In this document: one piece after another, positions 42,160 through 46,337 of the stretch
Position numbering within the stretch: position 1 is the first letter of the stretch
Layout of the letters: every line of letters starts with the position of its first letter
Source of the DNA: Sphaerodactylus townsendi
Lineage: Eukaryota
Length of the DNA: 46,337 bases
Direction: 5' to 3'
Assembly: GCF_021028975.2 (NCBI RefSeq)
Contig: NC_059441.1
Span: 6,217,664 to 6,264,000 of the forward strand
Translations under genes and position numbers: made by a program
The notes under the pieces: generated by a model
What the model was told of the DNA's origin: nothing
Databases searched by the model: none
What the model saw: only the letters and a program-made list of their open reading frames with translations

Positions 42160-43580
42160 ACCCCGGGAAGCCAGCATGAATTTATCCTACCAGACCAATC
42201 CACTCTCCTCCTTCGATCGAGTGACAAGCTTGCTGGATCTGTATCATGGGAAGGCCACCCTCGGCGCTGTTTTCACTGATTTCAGTAAAGCTTTTGACAG
42301 GGTTCCACACAATGTCCTAATGAGTAAACTAGACAACTGTGGACTGGACTCTAGGGCAGTCAGGTGGATGAGGTACAGGTGGGAGAACCACACCCAAAGA
42401 ATAATTCTCAGTGACATTTCAGCTGCTCAGAGGGAGGTGGCCAGTGGGGGTGGGGAGAGTCCAGTGGGCTCAATATTTGTATAAATGATCTAAATGAGGG
42501 GGTAGAAGGACTACTTAAATTTGCAGATGACGCCAAATTGGGAGGAGTGGCAAAAACCTCCAAAGATAAAGTCAGAATTCAATTAAATCTGAATGGACTG
42601 GGTGAGCGGGCAGATGTGAACACAATGCAGTTCAACAGAGACAAAACTAGAGTCCTACATCTGGGTAACAAAAATTAGATGTACCATCCTGGATCGGGGA
42701 TACACTTCTGGGAAACACTGTGTGAACGAGATCTAGGGTTACACGAGAACTGTAAACTGAACATGAATAGTCAGTGTGATGCAGCAACAAAAATGGCTAA
42801 TGTGTTCTTAGGGTGCTCCAACAGAGGCATAACATCCAAACTGCCCGATGTTGTAATCCTGCTGTACACTGCATTGGTTAGGCCGCATTTTTGGAAGATG
42901 TGGACAGAATTGTGCAGGTGCAAAGGAGAGCGATTAGGACAGTGATGGCGAACCTTTTCAAGACCGAGTGCCCAAATTGCAACCCAAAACCCACTTATTT
43001 ATCGCCAAGTGCTGACACGGCCGTTTAACCTGAATACTGAGGTTTTAGTTTAGAAAAAATGGTTGGCTCCGAGGCGTGCGTTACTCGGGAGTAAGCTTGG
43101 TGGTAGTCATTAGCTTTGCTTTGAAGCAACCATGCAACTCTTCAAACCGGTGAATCACGACCGTAGGAGGGTTTACTCAGAAGCAAGCCCCATTGCCAGC
43201 AACCGAGCTTAATCCCATGTAAAGGATGGCGCTTTAGTTCTTTGCATGAGAATCAGTGGGGATTAACAGCGCTTAACAGGGTTACTTACACTGATTCCCC
43301 AAAACTAGGTTTTAGGTTTAATGCCAATAATCGAGCCCAGTGGCCCAGGCCAGCCTAGATGTGTCAGGAGGGGGGCGATTCCCCCCCACATGATGAACTC
43401 TGTGCGTGAGTGCCCACAGAGAGGGCTCCGAGTGCCACCTCTGGCACCCGTGCCATAGGTTCGCCACCACTGGATTAGGATGATCAGGGGGCCCTTCAAG
43501 AAAAGGCTGAGGGACTTGGGAATGTTCAGTCTGGAGAAGAGGAGGTTGGTGGCTCTCTTTAAAGTATCTGAAGGGCTGTC
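42160..43580 (+). mobile_element. Degenerate CR1 LINE RT fragment, split by a hAT element
   Basis: QTNPLSSFDRVT..DFSKAFDRVPH..KFADDAKLG..LYTALVRPH..[insertion]..RLRDLGMFSLEKRRL. Confidence 0.9.
42940..43472. mobile_element. 533-bp non-autonomous hAT DNA transposon with perfect 8-bp TSD
   Basis: TIRs cagtgatggcgaacc / ggttcgccaccactg; TSD gattagga at 42932-42939 and 43473-43480. Confidence 0.92.
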
Positions 43581-43581
43581 A

Positions 43582-43960
43582 GAAGAATTTGGATTTATAC
43601 CCCCTTTTCCCTCCTGCAAGGAGACTCAAAGGGGCTCATCAGCTCCTTTCCCTTCCTCTCCCCACAACAGTCACCTTGTGAGGTAGCTGGGGCTGTGAGA
43701 GTTCTGAGAGAACCTTGACTGGCCCAAGGTCACCCAGCAGGAATGTAGGAGTGGGAAAACATCTGGTTCACCAGATAAGACTCTGTAGCTCATGTGGAGG
43801 AGTGAGGAATCAAACCAGGTTCTCCATAGTCTACTGCCGTGGTGGCGAACCTTTGGCACTCCAGATGTTATGGACTACAATTCCCATCAGTCCATAACAT
43901 CTGGAGTGCCAAAGGTTTGCCACCACTGGTCTACTTGCTCTTAACCACTACACATCACTG
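43582..43960 (-). mobile_element. tRNA-derived SINE interrupted by an internally deleted palindromic MITE (43837-43928)
   Basis: SINE sequence resumes after the MITE (..gctcttaaccactacac); MITE flanked by gtctactg / gtctactt. Confidence 0.85.
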
Positions 43961-45131
43961 GGCAGGGAGCTGTTCCTGTCTGCAGCAGAGCAGAGAACAC
44001 ACAATTATGGGTATAAAATTGCACGTGGAAAGAACAGTAGGGATTTTTTGTGTTTGCAGTGAAAGTAGTTCAGCCTTGGTATCAGCTACCGATGGAGGTG
44101 GGGAGCTCCCCCTCTCTGGCTGTTCACAAGTAGCTGCTGGACAAATAGCAGCTGGTCAGGGTTGTTCTAGGACCAGATTCATCCAGCACTGAGCTGGGAA
44201 GGTTGGACTCTTCCTGTAGAGGACATATGCCGGGCGGCCACCTGGTCATCCATCTGAACATTTATCAGACATTACAGAATCCAGTCCCTTGCAGCCACCG
44301 AGACCGCGTTTGGCAGAAGGGTTTTGGAACATATTTTTGGAGACTGAACAGATCCCACCCATTTTGGGGACACTGCTCGGGGAGGTTCCATCCAAGATGC
44401 CCTCAGTTGCCTCCAGGAGAATGGTCCATTGGTCACTTACGATGAAGGGGCCTTCTCCTTGTGGGCGACGAGGGCATCTTGGCCCTCCCTGATGCTTAGT
44501 CAGTCTCAAATTCTCTACAGTCTACGCACTAGTTAGTCATAACTGTATTGTGTTTCAACTTGAGGTTTAGTTATCATGGGGTTTATGCTAACATTAGCCT
44601 TGTTACTTCCTGTTTGTTGTCTTGTTGGAAAAGTTTTTATACACTGCTTTGTCAGTCATTTTACTGGAGCAGGAGATGGACGCCCAAGCCTTCCACAGGA
44701 AATAGCAAGTTTTAGTTCCTGCCTCCCTGAGAAAGGGTTGGGAAATGATGGCCCGTATAGCTCTTTCCAACTCCACGGCTCTATGTGGTGGGAGGGATGG
44801 GACAGCAAATCATAGAGACTCCAATTTCCAAACTGTCACAAAGCAGGAAGATAGTTTTAATAAAATCACTGAAGGACACAACAGTCCCTCCCCCCTTTAT
44901 AATAACTTCTTATAATTTGCTCCCTTTCCTGGGCAGTGCCCCCCCCCCCCCATACACATTCCAAACTGCTGGCTGAGCTTGCAGCCAGGATGGAGTAGCC
45001 CAAAGGATGGAAAACGACGTGAAAAAGAGGCCTTTGAGTGGAAGCTGTTGGAGGCAGCCTATGTAGAAATAAAAATATGAGGGGTCTGTATTAAAAGCAA
45101 TCCCCGCGCCCACCGGGGTCCCTGGGCAGCC

Positions 45132-46301
45132 TCAGGCCAGCAGGCGCAGGCCGACCATGCCCGAAAAGCCCAACAGCACAGCCAGCACTTTGGGCAGGCG
45201 GTTGGCGGGAGAGCCGAGCTCCTGGGGCAGGATCTCCAGGAAGGTGATGTACATGAAGGTTCCGGCCGCCACGCCTTGCAGCAGGCTCCGAGCAGTGGTG
45301 TTGCCGTCGCCGCCAGAGCTCTGGGTCAGAGCCATGCCCAGGCCGACGCCCAGCGGAGAGGTGAGCACGAAGGCGCCCAGAGCGGCCGCCAGCCACCGGA
45401 GCGGGAGGGGGCTCTGGAGCAGCAGGAGGCCCAGGCTGGCAGCCACGACGCTCTTGTGCAGCAGGACAGCCCCCGCCAGCTGCAGCACTCTGCTCGGCGT
45501 GTCCTGCAGGCCCACGGACAGGCCCTCGAAGACGGAGTGCAGGCACAGCGCCAGCGTCAGCACCAGGGAGCGGAAGCGAGAAGCGCGGCGCCGGGGGGCC
45601 TGGTGGTGGTGGTGCTGCTGCTGCTCCTCAGGGCCGGCCTGCCCGGGGCAGGGGGGCAGCAGCAGCGAGGCTTCGTCTCCGCCGGGCTCGCTGCAGTCCA
45701 AGGCCACGTGTTCGACCACCAGCACCAGCAGGAAGCCCACGGCCAGGACCAGCTCCGGCACCGGGAAGTCCAGCTGCAGCCCGAGAGAAAGCAGGAGAAA
45801 GGGCTTGGCTTCAGAGACCCCTCCCCCCCGCCTGCCTTGACCCTAACCCCAGCCCACTCCCACCCCCCACCCGGCAACACGTCCCTTGCCCAAAGCAAAG
45901 TGTCTACCTGGGAGGTTAGGCAGACCGCAGGCAGCCACCCTCTGGCCAACATAGCCTGCAGGGCGAGTGCAGAACGCCCCGGCTGTGTCGAGGCACTGCT
46001 CCTGCAGCTGGCGGCTCGACGGCCCGTTCGCAGCCGAGAGCAAGACCTCGCTCCCCTCCCAAGACCCGCCTCCCCACTCCAGCAGCCGCCGCGCCACCGG
46101 CGGGCCCTCCTCCTCCGACCGTCCTGGCCGAGGCCTCCCCCCAGCCCCCGCGTGCGCCCCGGCCCGGTACCGAGAGCCTCTGCCGGCGCAGCTCCTCCCG
46201 CAGGTCGCGCAGCGAGTCGGGCACCACGTCCAGCAGGCAAGTGGCCAGGAAGACGCCGCCGGCCGCGCAGCTCGCCAGGCTCCGCCAGCGCTGCGCGGCC
46301 C
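45132..46301 (-). CDS. ZIP1-like zinc transporter (SLC39A subfamily II), last two coding exons; 5' end lies beyond the window
   Basis: Minus-strand exons 46301-46171 (SLASCAAGGVFLATCLLDVVPD) and 45773-45132 (LDFPVPELVLAVGFLLVLVVEH..LALCLHSVFEGLSVGLQ..LLHKSVV..GTFMYITFLEILPQEL..*). The HSVFEG TM4 and HK TM5 metal-site motifs and the exon junction resemble recalled SLC39A1. Orthology to SLC39A1 versus a paralogue is unresolved. Confidence 0.92.
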
Positions 46302-46337
46302 CTGCGCCGGGGGGTGGGGGGAGGAAACGAGGCGGTC

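Noticed and set aside
45157-46240. Antisense and alternative-frame ORFs over the ZIP1-like gene
   Set aside because: Shadow ORFs caused by high GC3 codon usage.

Overview
GC-rich vertebrate genomic DNA, not prokaryotic. The repeat content (CR1 LINEs, tRNA-derived SINEs, Rex-Babar, Penelope-like and hAT MITEs) suggests a squamate reptile, plausibly a gecko (inference). The window corresponds to the human 15q15.3 block. It holds six spliced protein-coding genes, reconstructed by hand from GT-AG junctions and exon phase: MFAP1 (+, 9 coding exons), HYPK (-, 4), SERINC4 (+, 12), an FKBP8/FKBP38 paralogue (-, at least 7), PDIA3/ERp57 (-, 13) and the last two coding exons of a ZIP1-like SLC39A zinc transporter (-). 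Main points of interest: (1) the FKBP8 paralogue lies where human has SERF2/ELL3, has lost most of the TPR Hsp90 clamp and apparently the membrane tail anchor, and carries an RVxF-type PP1 docking motif; (2) a family of palindromic hAT MITEs carries ZNF143/THAP11-type ACTACAnnTCCCA motifs, with copies in the HYPK promoter; (3) SERINC4 has a SERINC5-type 9-codon first exon plus a candidate 27-nt micro-exon. All homology calls are from recalled sequences; no database search was run. Most ORFs in the supplied track are GC-rich artefacts.
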